Assembly (NCBI GenBank): GCA_004431415.1
Contig: QPMI01000514.1
Location: forward strand, 248,001-312,000
Source: Cyanophora paradoxa CCMP329
Lineage: Eukaryota; Plantae; Glaucophyta
Length of the DNA stretch: 64,000 bases
Reading direction: 5' to 3'
Part shown: positions 32,944 through 44,994 of the stretch, piece after piece
Position numbering within the stretch: position 1 is the first letter of the stretch
Layout: every line of letters starts with the position of its first letter
The notes under the pieces: model-generated
What the model saw: the letters and a program-made list of their open reading frames with translations, nothing else
What the model was told of the DNA's origin: nothing
The model's database searches: none
Position numbers and translations under genes: made by a program

Positions 32944-35900
32944 ATGCTCGGCGCCGGCATAAACCTCTGGGATCTCTTCGAGGATGGAGTGTCCCTTCAG
33001 CGCCACGGGGCTTTGCTCTGCGTGCATTGCTCGTCCCTTTGCATCCATTACATGTCGGATGGCGCCTTCGAGTGGCTCGGAGTAGCGCCTGTCCCCCTCG
33101 ACCCGGGCGGCGTTGATATCTTTCACGTCTTCCCCGGCGCGAAGCAGATTCTGAACAATGAGGACTTCAGCTCCTGGAACGCAATCTTGCTCACTACTGC
33201 GTCGGGTCGATCCTTCAAGTGGTGCGGCTACTGCCGGGCTGGGCGGCCCCTTCCGATCTATGTCCGTTTCGACCCGCGCCCGGCACGCAGCTCCGTCCAC
33301 ACGACCGACGACGGTTACTTCGTGCGCTCGCCCGCGAGCTCGCGCGCTCACTGCGCCCGCCACCTCGCCCGCGCCCGCCCGCCGACTCGAGCTCCCGCCT
33401 GCGCGCTCAGGTCCTGGAGCTCGAGGAGCCGCTGGAGGACCCGCCGGCCTTCGTCGACCGCGTCAACGAGGCCTGTGGTGCGCGCCGGCGCCGGCGCCGG
33501 CCCCGAGCGAGCCGAGCCGAGCGGCGTTGCGTGCGCGGCGCAGAGCGGCTGCTGCTGATCGATGGCGAGGAGGAGCTCCTCGAAACGGTCGTCTCGGAGC
33601 TCGCCGCCCTCGCCGAGACCGCGGATCGAATCCTCGTCTACCGCCTCGCTCCGTGCGCACCCTCTGACACGGGGAGGCGGGGCGACCGCCGGCGCCGCCC
33701 CCCCGGGAGGCGCGGGACGTGCGGAGGGGTCCGGGGAGGCGTGCGGCGGGGCCTGCGCCGCGGCTGCTGACCCAAAGGTGGCGGGGGGCAGGGGCGGGGG
33801 GCACGGGCAGGTCGTCGCGGAGCGCCTGAGGCACGCCTCCTGGCCCCCCTACCTGGGCCTCGCCCTGCCCCCGGCCGAGATTCCCGTCCCCGGTCCGCCC
33901 CGCCCCGCCCCGCCCCGCCCAGCCCCGACCCCAAGCCCCTCGCTCCCGTCCGAGCGGCTCACCGAGGCGACTCGCAGCGGCGCGGCACCGCTACATATCG
34001 TTCTCGGAAGGGACGAACAGCCTGGTCCAGGTCGCGCCGAGCGCGCGGCACCCGCCCGACCTCTCCCGCGCCCTCCTGCTCGGCCACACCCCGAGCCAGC
34101 GGCAGTACTACGAGGCGAGCGCGCGCGCCGCGCTGCGGGGCGCCTGCACGGCGCCGTGCCGACGGGGCCCCGCCGGCAGGCCCTCGGGGTCAAGTCCGTA
34201 CTCGTCTACAGCATCGAGCTCCCGGGGCAGGGCGTCTGGGTCCGTCCCCCCTCCCCCCCTGGCCCCCGCCCCGCCCGCGCCGCCACCCTCCCTCTCGTCC
34301 GAGCCGCCCCCGCACCCCCGCAGGGTTACCTGTGCCTGCACGCCGCCTCCGAGGCGCACGTGCCCATCGACAGGCGAAACGGTACGAAGGGGTGCGTGGG
34401 CCGAGGGGCCCTCGTGCGCTGACCGGGGGCGGCGGGGCGCGCGCGCAGCGATGCTGCCCCTCGTGCGCACCTTCTGCGGCACCTTCAAGGGCATCAAGGC
34501 GCGCGCCGGGCCGTGCTCGCGGGGGGACCATGCCCCCATACCCGCTGACCCGCTGACCCGCCCCGGCGCCTGCACCCTCGCCCCCTCCTGCAGGCCCGCC
34601 TGCGCATGCGGGACGAGCACAGGGCCCAGGAGCTTCAGATCAGGGTCTTCTCCCGCATCAAGGTGCCCCCCTTCCGCCCCGCCCGGTCGCCCGCCGACAT
34701 CGCTCCTTGCGCCAGGGCCAGGCGGACCTGCTGGCGGGGCTCCTCGACGGCACCCCCTCCTTCGCGGACGCCGTGCCCTGCTCCGCCTGCGCCGTCATCG
34801 CGAATGGGGCGGTGCGCGCGCGCCCCCGGCCGCCCGCCCCGACCACCCGCCCCGCTCCCTTTCGTATGCCGTACCCGGCAGGTCGCCTGCTCGACGGGGG
34901 CGGCCCTACCCGTCCACTTTCTTGTCCGCGCGTCGAAGGTTCCCGCTTGTTTCTCCCCCTTCCTTTCTCGCTTGTCCCGTTGAGGCGTACCCCCCACAGA
35001 TTCTCCAGGCGTCGACGAACTCCCTGGATGGCGTTTGGGCGTCCGGGTACCCCTCTTCGCACCCCAGTTTCGAGCCCTGCGCGGCAGCTGACTGCCCCCG
35101 CAGGGCCCTGGATGCGGGCCGCCTCTGGGTCCGCCCACCCCTCATCCTCTCCGCCCACCCCTTCCCCCCCCCCTCCCTGATGACGGAACCCCCGCCCCCC
35201 AAAGCTCACCGACCGACTCGGCGAGCTCCTTCCCGACGCGGTCCGCGTACCGCGCTCCGCTTCTCCCCTCCCCGCTCACCTTTCGCCGCAGCCGAACTAC
35301 ACGCCGGTGGCCGCGGGCGCGCTTCTCGTCCAGGTCTCCTGGCGGATGCAGGTTCGGATCCCGCCGCTCCCTTTTCTGTGCCCGCTGACGGCCCTTTCGC
35401 TCAGGTCTACGTGTAAGCGCTTGCCGCCTCCGAACCGCTCGCTCCCTCGTCTCGGCTCCGCACGGGCCCACGCGTCAGTCTCGCAGAATGTGGCTCCGGC
35501 CGGCGGCGGAGGGCCCCGTTCAGTTTGCGGGGATCGAGCCCGGATGCGGGCCTTCCAACCCCGCGCCCCCGGTCACCGAGCGGTCCCCGCCGGCGGCCAA
35601 CGGCGGTGCGCACCGCCTCGGGAGCCCCCTCGCGCCGCGGGCGTCGCGCGCCATGGAGCGAGCGCGTGGGTGGCGTGGGGCGGCGGGGGGGCAGGGCGGA
35701 GGAGCAGCGTGGTGCTGGACCACTGCGAGCCCTGGGAGGAGGCCGCCCTCAACGTCGCCCAGGCGAGAGAGCCCGGCGCGCCCCGCCCCGCCCCCCTCAC
35801 CTCGCCCCGGGCCCCACCCCAGGCCATCGGCCGCACCATGCACGAGGCGCTCCGCATCAACAAGATGATCGCGTGCGCCCCGCCCCGCCCCGCCCCGGGC

Positions 35901-38900
35901 CCTCCCCCTGCGCACGAGCAGCTCTGACGGCGGCTCCTGGGGGCCCGCAGGGGGTCCGCTCAGCGGCTGGACCTGCTCGCCGACCAGATGCACCAGATCA
36001 TCTCGAGCGGCGAGCACGCCTCCCGCCCCGCCCCGCCCCTGCCCGCTGAGGGGGCGGCGCGGGGCGGGCAGTGCCCGTGGTGATCGTGCGGATCGACAAG
36101 GAGTACCGCATCCGCGAGTGGAACCCCGCCGCCGAGGCCCGCCCCCCCTCCCTCCCACCCTCTCCCCTCCCTCTTCACCCGACCCTCCCCCCAGGCCGTG
36201 TTCGGGTACCCCCGGTCGGCGGTGATCGGGGCGGTGGCGATGGAGATCCTGGCCCCCTCCCAGTTCGACGTGGCCGACATCCTCAGGTGAGCCCGGGCCC
36301 GGGCCCGGGCGCCCCCCGTCCTGCTCTGGCCTGCCGCCTCCCATGCACGAACCATCTGTGCTGACCGCCCCCTCAGCTCGATCCTGTGCCGCGCGCTCGA
36401 CGGCATCCAGACGCGCGAGTTCGAGATCGCCCTGCAGCCCCGCCCCAACGTCCCCAGGCGACCCCTCTCCCGGCGCCCCGCCCCGCGCCCTCTTTCCCCC
36501 CTCTCATCCGCCTCGCTTTCCGCGCGCGCAGGCGGCTCTATCTCCTCACGACGGGCGCCGAGGTCCAGCGCGGTGGCAGCATCAACGGGGTACCCCACCG
36601 CCCCCCCCCCCTCTTACCCCTAGTTGAGTACCCCCTCACCTTTTCTCTGGGGCAGGCGATCTGCGTCTTCCAGGACGTCTCGGCCCTCCACCAGGTCCCT
36701 CCTTCCTCGGCCCCGCTCCATCGACGTCTAACCCCCCGCGCCCCCCCGCCCCGCCTCCCTCCCCCGCAGCTGACCGCCGAGAAGAGCGCGAACGCGGCCA
36801 AGGTGCACCCCCCCCCCTCTCCCCCCCCCCCCCCCCCCGAGGCGGGCTCCGCCCGGCGCCTGACACGGCGGGGACACCCCGCGCAGTCGTCTTTCATGGC
36901 GTCGATGTCGCAGAGCATGCGGGCGCCCTCAACGGTGCGGTAGCCCCCTCTTCCACCCCCCCCCCTCTCCGCCCCCCGGCCCCCCGGCCCCCTTACGCTC
37001 CTCCCCGGGCAGGCCTGATTGGGATGCTGTGCCTGGCGTCGGAGACGGAGCTGCCCCAGGATGTGCGCAACTACATGTCCACCGTCCGCCCTCCCGCACG
37101 CCCTCCCCCGCTCTCTTCGCGCCGCCCACCGCGCTTTCCTTCTCTCCCCTCGCTCCCCCGGCAGGCGACGGACTGCGGGGCGTACCTGCAGGAGCTGATC
37201 TCGAACATCCTGGACGTCTCCCTCGCTGAGGCCAAGCGCCTCGTCCTCAAGAAGGCGCGCCCGGCGGCCAAGGGCCGGGGCCCCGCCCCGCCCCGCCCCG
37301 CCCCGGCCTGATCTCCCGGCCGGGCCGCGCCCGTGCAGGAGCCTTTCGACTTGGCCGCCGCCGTCGACTCCGCCGTCTCCGTTGCTACCGCCCGCGTGCG
37401 CGCCGCGCCCCGCGCCGCCCCGGCCGTTCCGCCCCTGCATCTGGAGCGGAGGGGGCAGGCGGGGGCGCGGAGGGGCGACGTGCGGGTCTCGCACGGGGCC
37501 GTCCTAGAGCGCTTCTGCATCGGCGACGCCGGCCGCCTCAAGCAGGTCCGCAGCAACACCGCGTGAACTAGAGGCTTGCGGGGGCATACGCTTCCCCTAC
37601 GCTTTCCACCCCCACTTCCAACCCCTCCCCGCCCCCCCCCCCAGCCTGACGCCCCTCGCCCAGGTGCTGATTAATCTCCTGTCGAACGCGCTGAAGTACT
37701 CTGAAGAAGGCAGCCCCGTCGACGTCGAGGCCCGCCCTGCTTGGCCCCCTTGTGCTCTGCTCCCCTCGGCTCAGCTCGGCTCTGGCAGGTGTCGGCGCCG
37801 CGGGTGGCGGAGGCGCAGGCGACCCTCCGCATCGCCATCACCGACCGTGGCATCGGTGCGCGGCACCGGCGGAGGGGCGAGGTAGAGGGGTGGGTGAGGG
37901 AGGGGGGGGTGTCGATGAAGGGGGACCGGGGCCCTGCCCCGCGTGCGCTCGCCCTCGCCCGCCCTGACCGGCGGCGGCGGCGGGACCAGGCATCAAGCCC
38001 GAGGACCAGGCGCGGCTCTTCCAAGTGCCCCCTTGTTCCCTCCCATCGCCTCCCCGCTTCTCCCCCCCTGACGGGGCCCTTCTGCGTGCGCGCGCGCAGC
38101 TCTACTCGCGGGTGCGGGACCCGGCGGCGGCGGACCCGGGCGGCTGCGGCATCGTGCGCTGCCCGCCCCGCCGCCTCCTCTCCCTCCCCTCCTCACCCCC
38201 CATCGGCGCTCAGGGCCTGTGGCTCTCGCGGGACCTGGCGAGGCTGATGGGGGGCCAGCTCGAGTGCTCCTCCAGACACGGCCAGGCGCGCTGCGCTCCG
38301 CTTTGTTTTGCTTCCCCTTGCCTTGCTCCGCCCTCCACCTCCAACTCTGACCCGGCGCCCCGCAGGGCTCGACGTTCACCCTCACTGTCCCCTTCCCGCT
38401 GCACATCGCCGCGCCGGGCCCGGCCCCCGCCCCCAGCAAGGTCCCGCGCCGCACCTCTCCCATCCCGTTCTCTCTCTCGAGCGCCACCCGCCCCGTCCTG
38501 ACGCCGGCGGGCGGGGCGGGGCAGGCGCAGGCGGCGGCGCAGGCGGCGGGGGCGCGCAAGGGTCAAATCCTGCTAGCGGAGCCTTCGCCCACCTCGGCCC
38601 TTGTTGCCCTGAAGGCGCGCCCAGCGCAGCTCAGGGCAGCTCGAGGCGGGGCGGGGCGTGACGCTCGTGGGGCGCAGTACCTGGAGAAGGCGGGGCACGG
38701 GGTGGTGCACGTGGCGACGGGCCCCGAGGCGGTGGAGGAGCACAGGGAGCGCCTCCAGCGCGGCGAGCCCCTCGACCTCGGTCCGCCGCTAGAGCGCACT
38801 GCTCGGAGCCCGCCCGGCGGCTGCGCGGCCCCTCACCCGCGCCTTCCCCCGCAGTCCTCCTCGACACCGACCTGCCGCAGCTCAGGTGCGCCGCGCCCCC

Positions 38901-39388
38901 CGTGCCCCGCCCCGCCCCCGCCCCGCCTCCGACACGGCCGCGGCGCAGCGGGTACGACGTCGCGCGGCGCATCCGCGAGTACGAGCGGGCGGAGCAGCGC
39001 GTGCGCCCCGCGGCGCCGGCCCCCCGCCCCCCCTCGGCCTCCGCCGCCTGAGGGGACGCCGGGGGCAGCCGCCGGTGCCGATCCTGGCCGTCTCCACGCG
39101 TGTCCTCCGCGAGGACGAGCTCCGCTGCTACGGTCCGCCCCCGCCCGCCCACCTCCCAGCCTTCTTCTCTGTGCCGACGCCCCTCGCCTCCCCTCGGCAG
39201 ACGCGGGGATGTCGGAGCTGCAGACGAAGCCGCTCCAGTGCGAGCGGCTCCTGGAGGCCGTCGCCCGCCTCATCGGCGCCGCCGACCAGCGCCGCCTCTC
39301 CGCCCACGGCCGCCCCAGCCTCGCCCCCGCCCCCGCCCCGCCCGCCGGCCCCGCCCCGGTTCCTCTGTCCGCTCGCCCCGATCACTGA
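32944..39388 (+). CDS. Degenerate phytochrome-like hybrid kinase PhyX3 (PAS-GAF-PHY-PAS-HisKA-like-HATPase-REC) lacking bilin Cys and phospho-His
   Basis: LQRHGALLCV (IQPHG equivalent); VLELEEP; ADRILVYRL; PPYLGLALPPAEIP; DLSRALLLGHTPSQRQYYE|ALGVKS; VW|GYLCLH; WLRP..VQFAG; HCEPWEE; PAS VPVVIVRIDKEYRIREWNPAAE; KSSFMASMSQSMRAP; NLLSNALKYS; DRGIG; GCGIGL; ILLAEPS; VLLDTDLP; QTKP; stop at 39386-39388. Start codon uncertain; one C appears missing near 36926. Confidence 0.88.
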
Positions 39389-40052
39389 TACCGATCGCCG
39401 GATCGACGACGGGCGCCTTCTTTTTGCTTTTTCATTGTGCAGCAGCAGATCGGCGTAGTTTGTTTTTGACTTTCTTTCAATCCGGCGGCTGGCACCAGCG
39501 GCCAGCCCTCAGGGCCTACGGTCACCCAGGAATGCTGATTTTTGCTTTTTCTCTGATGGTTTGCGATCGAAAACAGGATGATTCAAACTCTTTCATCTCA
39601 TCTCTTGCTTCTATGTAGAATTCGATCGAAGTGTTGTGAAACCATGGAAGCGTAAAACTGGCTGGCGCCTATACTACGATAGTTCAGACCGTTCAGATTG
39701 ACAGTGCGTGCTCAAAGCCACATAGTAGTGCGAGTCTCTCATGGTTGCGTTTAGGAGTGCAGTGAATTGTCGCTTAAGCAGCTGAATCAGTGAATCAGGC
39801 TGGGGTGCTGGTTGGACTTTAGCAGTACTAGTACAGAATTCAGGCTAGCCGATTTCATGCTAGCCTAGGCCTGTTTAGAAATCAGGCTGGACCGGAGTCA
39901 GGCTGACGACTTCGCCTGATTCAAGCCTGACTCCGCCCGATTTTTAATCGGGTGCCTGGCGACGTTGTCAGCTGCGCATGCAGGGATGCATATGGGAAAT
40001 CTTGCATGCGCATGCACGTGCACGCGCCCGCGGACCGTATATATATGTACAC

Positions 40053-41203
40053 TTTTTTTTGCAAAAATGACGATATATTGACGGCACTACCACATCAATC
40101 TATCGGGCCCTTCCGAAAGTAGACAAGTCGAATCTACCTAAACCGAAGTTTACCAGTCTGCCTCGCTACGAAGTAGAAAGTAGCAAAACAGCTGGCCATG
40201 AGCCCACCCTAAGAGAGTCCTGTCAATAGACTGCGCGAGCAAGGTTTCTCGTTTTCCGATAGCCTGCCTATCCAGCGAACAGCCTACAACAGGATGCATA
40301 AGAGCACATCCCTCTAAAGGGAGTCAGGAAGCAGGAAAGGATCTGCGAAGAAACCCAACCTCAGAGTAAGGCGGCGATGAAAAAGAAAACGTAGCGTCGC
40401 GCGTGTCGCCTACTCCTACTTCTATATCTAGGGCGAGAGAAAGAGAAAGGAGGGCGACTGCGGGTGGCGTGCTTCGCCCCCAACTCCGCCCGCGGCGACC
40501 CACGAGGGGCCGCCGCTGGAGCGGTTTGCCAGGAGCGAGCCGCCACCGCGCGCCGGAGTCCCTCATCCTCGAGCTCCCGCCGCAGTACGTGAGGATCGAT
40601 GCGCCGCCGCCGAGACCGCGCCCCAGGCCGCCGCGAGCCGCGCCGGATGTTGCCGTCTCCGATCCGCCTGCGAGCGCCCCGGGTGCCCGCGGAGGGGAAG
40701 AGAAGCACGGGCCGCCAAGGGACAAGAACCCGGAGGCGATGCGGAGAGGAGGAACCGCGCGCCGGGAGGGGTTGGTGACGCGAACTGGGAAAGCGCCGGA
40801 TGGCGCGACGGGCCCCCGCGCAGCAGGCGGCGGTGAGGCTGGCGTCAGCTGGCGACTAAGGCGATCCTACTCGCTTCGGCTCTGCAGCCTTCTACTCTGC
40901 TGGACGCTGTTGGATGGTGCGACCGAAGAGCAACCTGCGTGCACGCGGGGGATCCGCCGCGCCCGGGGCGTCCTTACGCGCACGGCGCACGATCCAGGAC
41001 GAGCCCAGATCGGCGCCAGACCCGCCGGGCGCGGCTATCGATCCTTCCCGAGATTGCGCTAGCTGCCAGCGGGCGCGATGTTCCCGGGCTTGCCGGAACG
41101 CCAGCAGGCTGCAGAAGACGAAGCTGCTACGCACTGTCCCCCGCGGGGCGCACGAGGGCGCCGCCAAGGCGGCCCTCGCAACCCCGTACCCCCCCGAGGG
41201 AAT
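40053..41203 (-). mobile_element. 1.15-kb poly(A)-tailed retroposon without recognisable coding domain (large SINE or 3' UTR of a truncated LINE)
   Basis: Perfect 17-bp TSD CGTATATATATGTACAC (40036-40052, 41204-41220); poly-T at the left end. Confidence 0.85.
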
Positions 41204-41776
41204 CGTATATATATGTACACGTCGGACGCAGCCAGCCGCGGCGCGGCCGCGCGCGGCGCCAGCTGCATATGCATGCGCAGCGCTAGCTATAGCGCCCGCT
41301 CGAGCTCGGCCGCAGTACCTATGTACAGCGCTAGCTGCCGCAGTGCAGCGCCGCATATGCATGTGCATGCGCAGACGATTCGGTCGCTCGTCGATATGTA
41401 CATGCATATGTACACGTACAGCTCAGCGGCTCGTGCTCAGCCTCGTGGCCACAGCGCTATATATATAGCTATAGCTAGCGGTGCGGCATGCATATGACAT
41501 GCGCAGCGAGCATGATGCGCTCCGGGGATCCGTAATCGTGGCAACCGCCCCCCCGCCCCCCCGCCCCCCCCCCCCCTCCCCCCCCAAAAAAAACCCTCGC
41601 ATGCCCCTCCCCCCTTCCCGGCCCCCACTTCGTTCTCGCAGGACTCCCCCACGTAGCTAGGTACTGCAAGCAGGCAAAGTGGCGCGCCCCTACGGCGCAG
41701 GAGGAGCGGCACAAGTGAGCGCAATCGATTGCGTGAGCGGCACCGACCGCGCCGGTCTGACTGTCTTGCGCTGCAG

Positions 41777-44590
41777 ATGTCGCCCGTGGTCATAGCCATC
41801 GCTGTGGTGGTGCTCTCCTACGTGGCACAGAAGCTGCTGCGCAGGAAGAAGCCTACCGCCGCCGCGGCCAAGAAGTGCGCTTTGCGTCACGCCCCGGTTG
41901 TCGCCAGCTAACTGGCGTCCGCGCTCGCCGCGGCGCGCGGCCGTAGGGACGCGCCTAAAGCGGCCGCGGCAACGAAGCCGGTGGTGGAGGAACAGAAAGA
42001 GGAGCACGGCTTCCCGCTCCTCATCCTCTTCGGCACGCAGACAGGGAATGCCGAGAACTTCGCGCGCCAGCTCGCGCAGGAGGCGCGCAAGTACTTCTTT
42101 GCGCCGAAGGTCCTCGGCATGAACGAGGTCATGCCTGTGCGCCGTTCCCAGCTCCCGCCCGCTCGATCGCAGCGCTAACCGTGCACCCGCGCGCGGCCCA
42201 GTTCGAGGACATCCCGAAGCGCGCGTCGTTGTGCATCGTTCTGACGTCGACCTTCGGCGAGGGCGAGCCGCCCGACAACGCCGTCGACTTCTGGAAGTGG
42301 GTCGCCGGCGCCGACCGCGCACCGGACACGTTCAAGGGGCTCAAGTTCACCGTGCACCCGCTGGCCGCGCTCGCGCCTCTTGCGTTCCTTTTCCGACGCG
42401 GCGGCGCAGGTTTTCGGGCTCGGCAACAAGCAGTACGAGCACTACCAGGCGATGGGCCGCGGCATGGAGAAGCACTTCGAGCGCCTCGGCGGCGAGATCG
42501 CCTTCGAGCGCGGCGAGGGCGACGACGACGGGACGTGCGTTCCCGCGCCTCCGCCGCTCCCTTTCGGGGCCGCCGCTGAGGCGGGGGCAGCCTGGAGGAG
42601 GACTTCAACAAGTGGAAGGCGCGGCTGTGGCCCGGCATCGCGCACTTCGCGGAGGCGGAGGGCGCGAAGATGAACGGCGCCGCCAACGGCCACGTCGAGG
42701 CCGCGTGCGCGCGCCTCTCCCGCGGCGGCGCGGCGCCAATGGACCAGTTGGGGCGCTGACCTCGGCCGGCGCGCGCGGCAGGCACGCGACGCCGGCGTAC
42801 AAGCTGGTGCTCCACGACGCGGCCACGCACGTGCCGGACGCGAGCGAAGAGGCGGCGGCGCTCGCCGTGCAGCAGCAGCACAGCGTCTCGCTCGCGCGCG
42901 TCGCCGTCAACCGCGAGCTCCACACGCCCGCCTCGGACCGCTCCTGCCGCCACATCGAGATAGAGATCCCGAACCTCTCGTGCGACCCGCGCGGCTCTTC
43001 CCCGCCCCGCCGGCGGCCGACCCGGCGGCGGCGGGCGTTGGGGCAGGTACGAGGCGGGAGACCACCTGGGCGTGCACCCGGAAAACGAGCCGGCGGTGGT
43101 CGAGGCGGCGGCGAGGCGCCTGGGGCTCTCGCTGGACACCGTCTTCTCGCTGGTGCCGGCGGACGAGGCGGCCTCGCAGCACGGGCCCTTCGCGAGCCCG
43201 ATGACGCTGCGGGCGGCGCTGACGCGGCTCGTGGACCTCACCGGGCCGCCCCGCAAGAGCTACTTCAGGGCCCTCGCCGAGTACGCCGAGCACCCTGACG
43301 AGAAGGAGCGCCTCCTCGAGATCGCCTCCAACTCGGTCCGCCCTCGCCCTCGATTCCGATTCGAGCGGATTGTTCGTTCTGAGCCGAGTCCGCCGCGGCA
43401 GGCGGAGTACAACGCGTTCGTCGTGAGCGCGCTGCGGACGCCGGTGGAGGTCCTCTGCGCCTTCTCCTCCGTCATCATACCCCTCGAGGCCTTCCTCCCC
43501 GCCTGCGGCCGCCTCCAGGTGCCCCCCCTTTCCTTTTTGTTCCTTTGCCTTCCTTTCCGACGTCTCCGCCCGCGCAGCCGCGGTACTACTCCATCTCGTC
43601 GTCCCACAAGGCGACCCCCGGGCGCGTCCACATCACCGTGTCGGTCGTCCGGTGAGGCGGCCTCGGCCGGCGCGCCTCGCCTCGCCGTGCCTCACGTGGG
43701 GGCGCGGCTGCTGCGCAGGTACGCGACGCCGACGGGCCGCGCGCACAACGGCGTCTGCTCGACGTGGCTCGCGGCCCTCAAGCCCGGCGCCAAGGTGCCC
43801 CTCTTCGTCCGCCGCTCGGCCTTCAAGCTCCCGCCCTCCATCGCCACGCCCATCGTCATGGTCGGGCCCGGCACCGGTGCCCCCTCGCCAACGACCCCGC
43901 CCCCCCGCCCGCCCTCACCGCCCCCTCCCCGCAGGCCTGGCGCCCTTCCGGGGCTTCCTGTGGGAGCTGCACGCGCTGCAGGCGGCCGGCGCGGCGGCTG
44001 AGGCGCACCTCTACTTCGGCTGCCGCTCCTCCAAGGTCGACTACATCTACCAGGTGCCCCCGGGGCGCCCCCGGCACTCCCCCCCGCGCTCGTCGAACCC
44101 ACCCCGCCTTTTCCTTCCCATAGCGGGGGTAGAGCGCTTTCTACTGACCGCCACGCCCCGCGCAGGAGGAGCTCGAGCGCTTCGTGGCGGCCGGCCTCCT
44201 CAAGAACCTCCGCGTCGCCTTCTCCCGCGAGGGGGTACGCCCCTCGCTCGCCCCTCGGGCGCCCCGGCGGGGGCCGACGCGGGGGCGCGCGCGCAGGCGG
44301 GGAAGGTGTACGTGCAGCACAAGCTCGCGGAGGACGGGCGCCTCCTCTGGCCCCTCCTCCGCGACCGCGGCGCCTACTTCTACGTCTGCGGGTGCGCCCC
44401 CCCTCGAGTTCGAAGCCTTGAATTTGAAGTTTCCAATGCGAACAGGGACGCGCGGGCGATGGCGAAGGACGTGTCGAAGGCGGTGCACGCGGTGGCGGAG
44501 GGCGCCGGCGGCCTCTCCCCCGACGAGGCCGCCGCCTTCGTCAAGCACATGCACGCCTCCGGGCGCTACCAGCAGGACGTCTGGTACTAG
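41777..44590 (+). CDS. POR: NADPH-cytochrome P450 reductase (diflavin reductase with N-terminal membrane anchor), multi-exon
   Basis: MSPVVIAIAVVVLSYV anchor; FGTQTGNAE; STFGEGEPPDNA; VFGLGNKQYEHY; RYYSISSS; GVCSTWL; MVGPGTG|LAPFRGF; LYFGCR; KVYVQH; YVCG|DAR; GRYQQDVWY-stop. Confidence 0.93.
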
Positions 44591-44994
44591 CCGCTCCACC
44601 CCTAGCTAGCCATAGCTTACTAGCCGCCAGCTTATTAGGCCCCAGCTTTCTTTCAGTTGCTTCTTCAGTTATTGTCGGCTGCGAGGACTCGTTGGCTAGC
44701 CGAGTCGCGATGCGGCGGCGACCGGTACCAGCTCTAGGCTGGCCTGCCTCCTTAGGACACGTATGTGCCGCTGTGCCGACAGAGATGCGCTTTAATGCAT
44801 ATGGTAGTTCAGGTTGAACGTGCAGTGCCCCCGTGTATGACCCCCTTCCGGCAGTCATTTCAACGACAATTGAAAGGCAGTACATACGTAGGCTCAAGAT
44901 CAAAATTATTAATATTATTAATTGGAATCTTTTTAAAAAAAAAAAAGATCAAAATTATTAATATTATTAATTGGAATCGCTGCACGTACATGCA

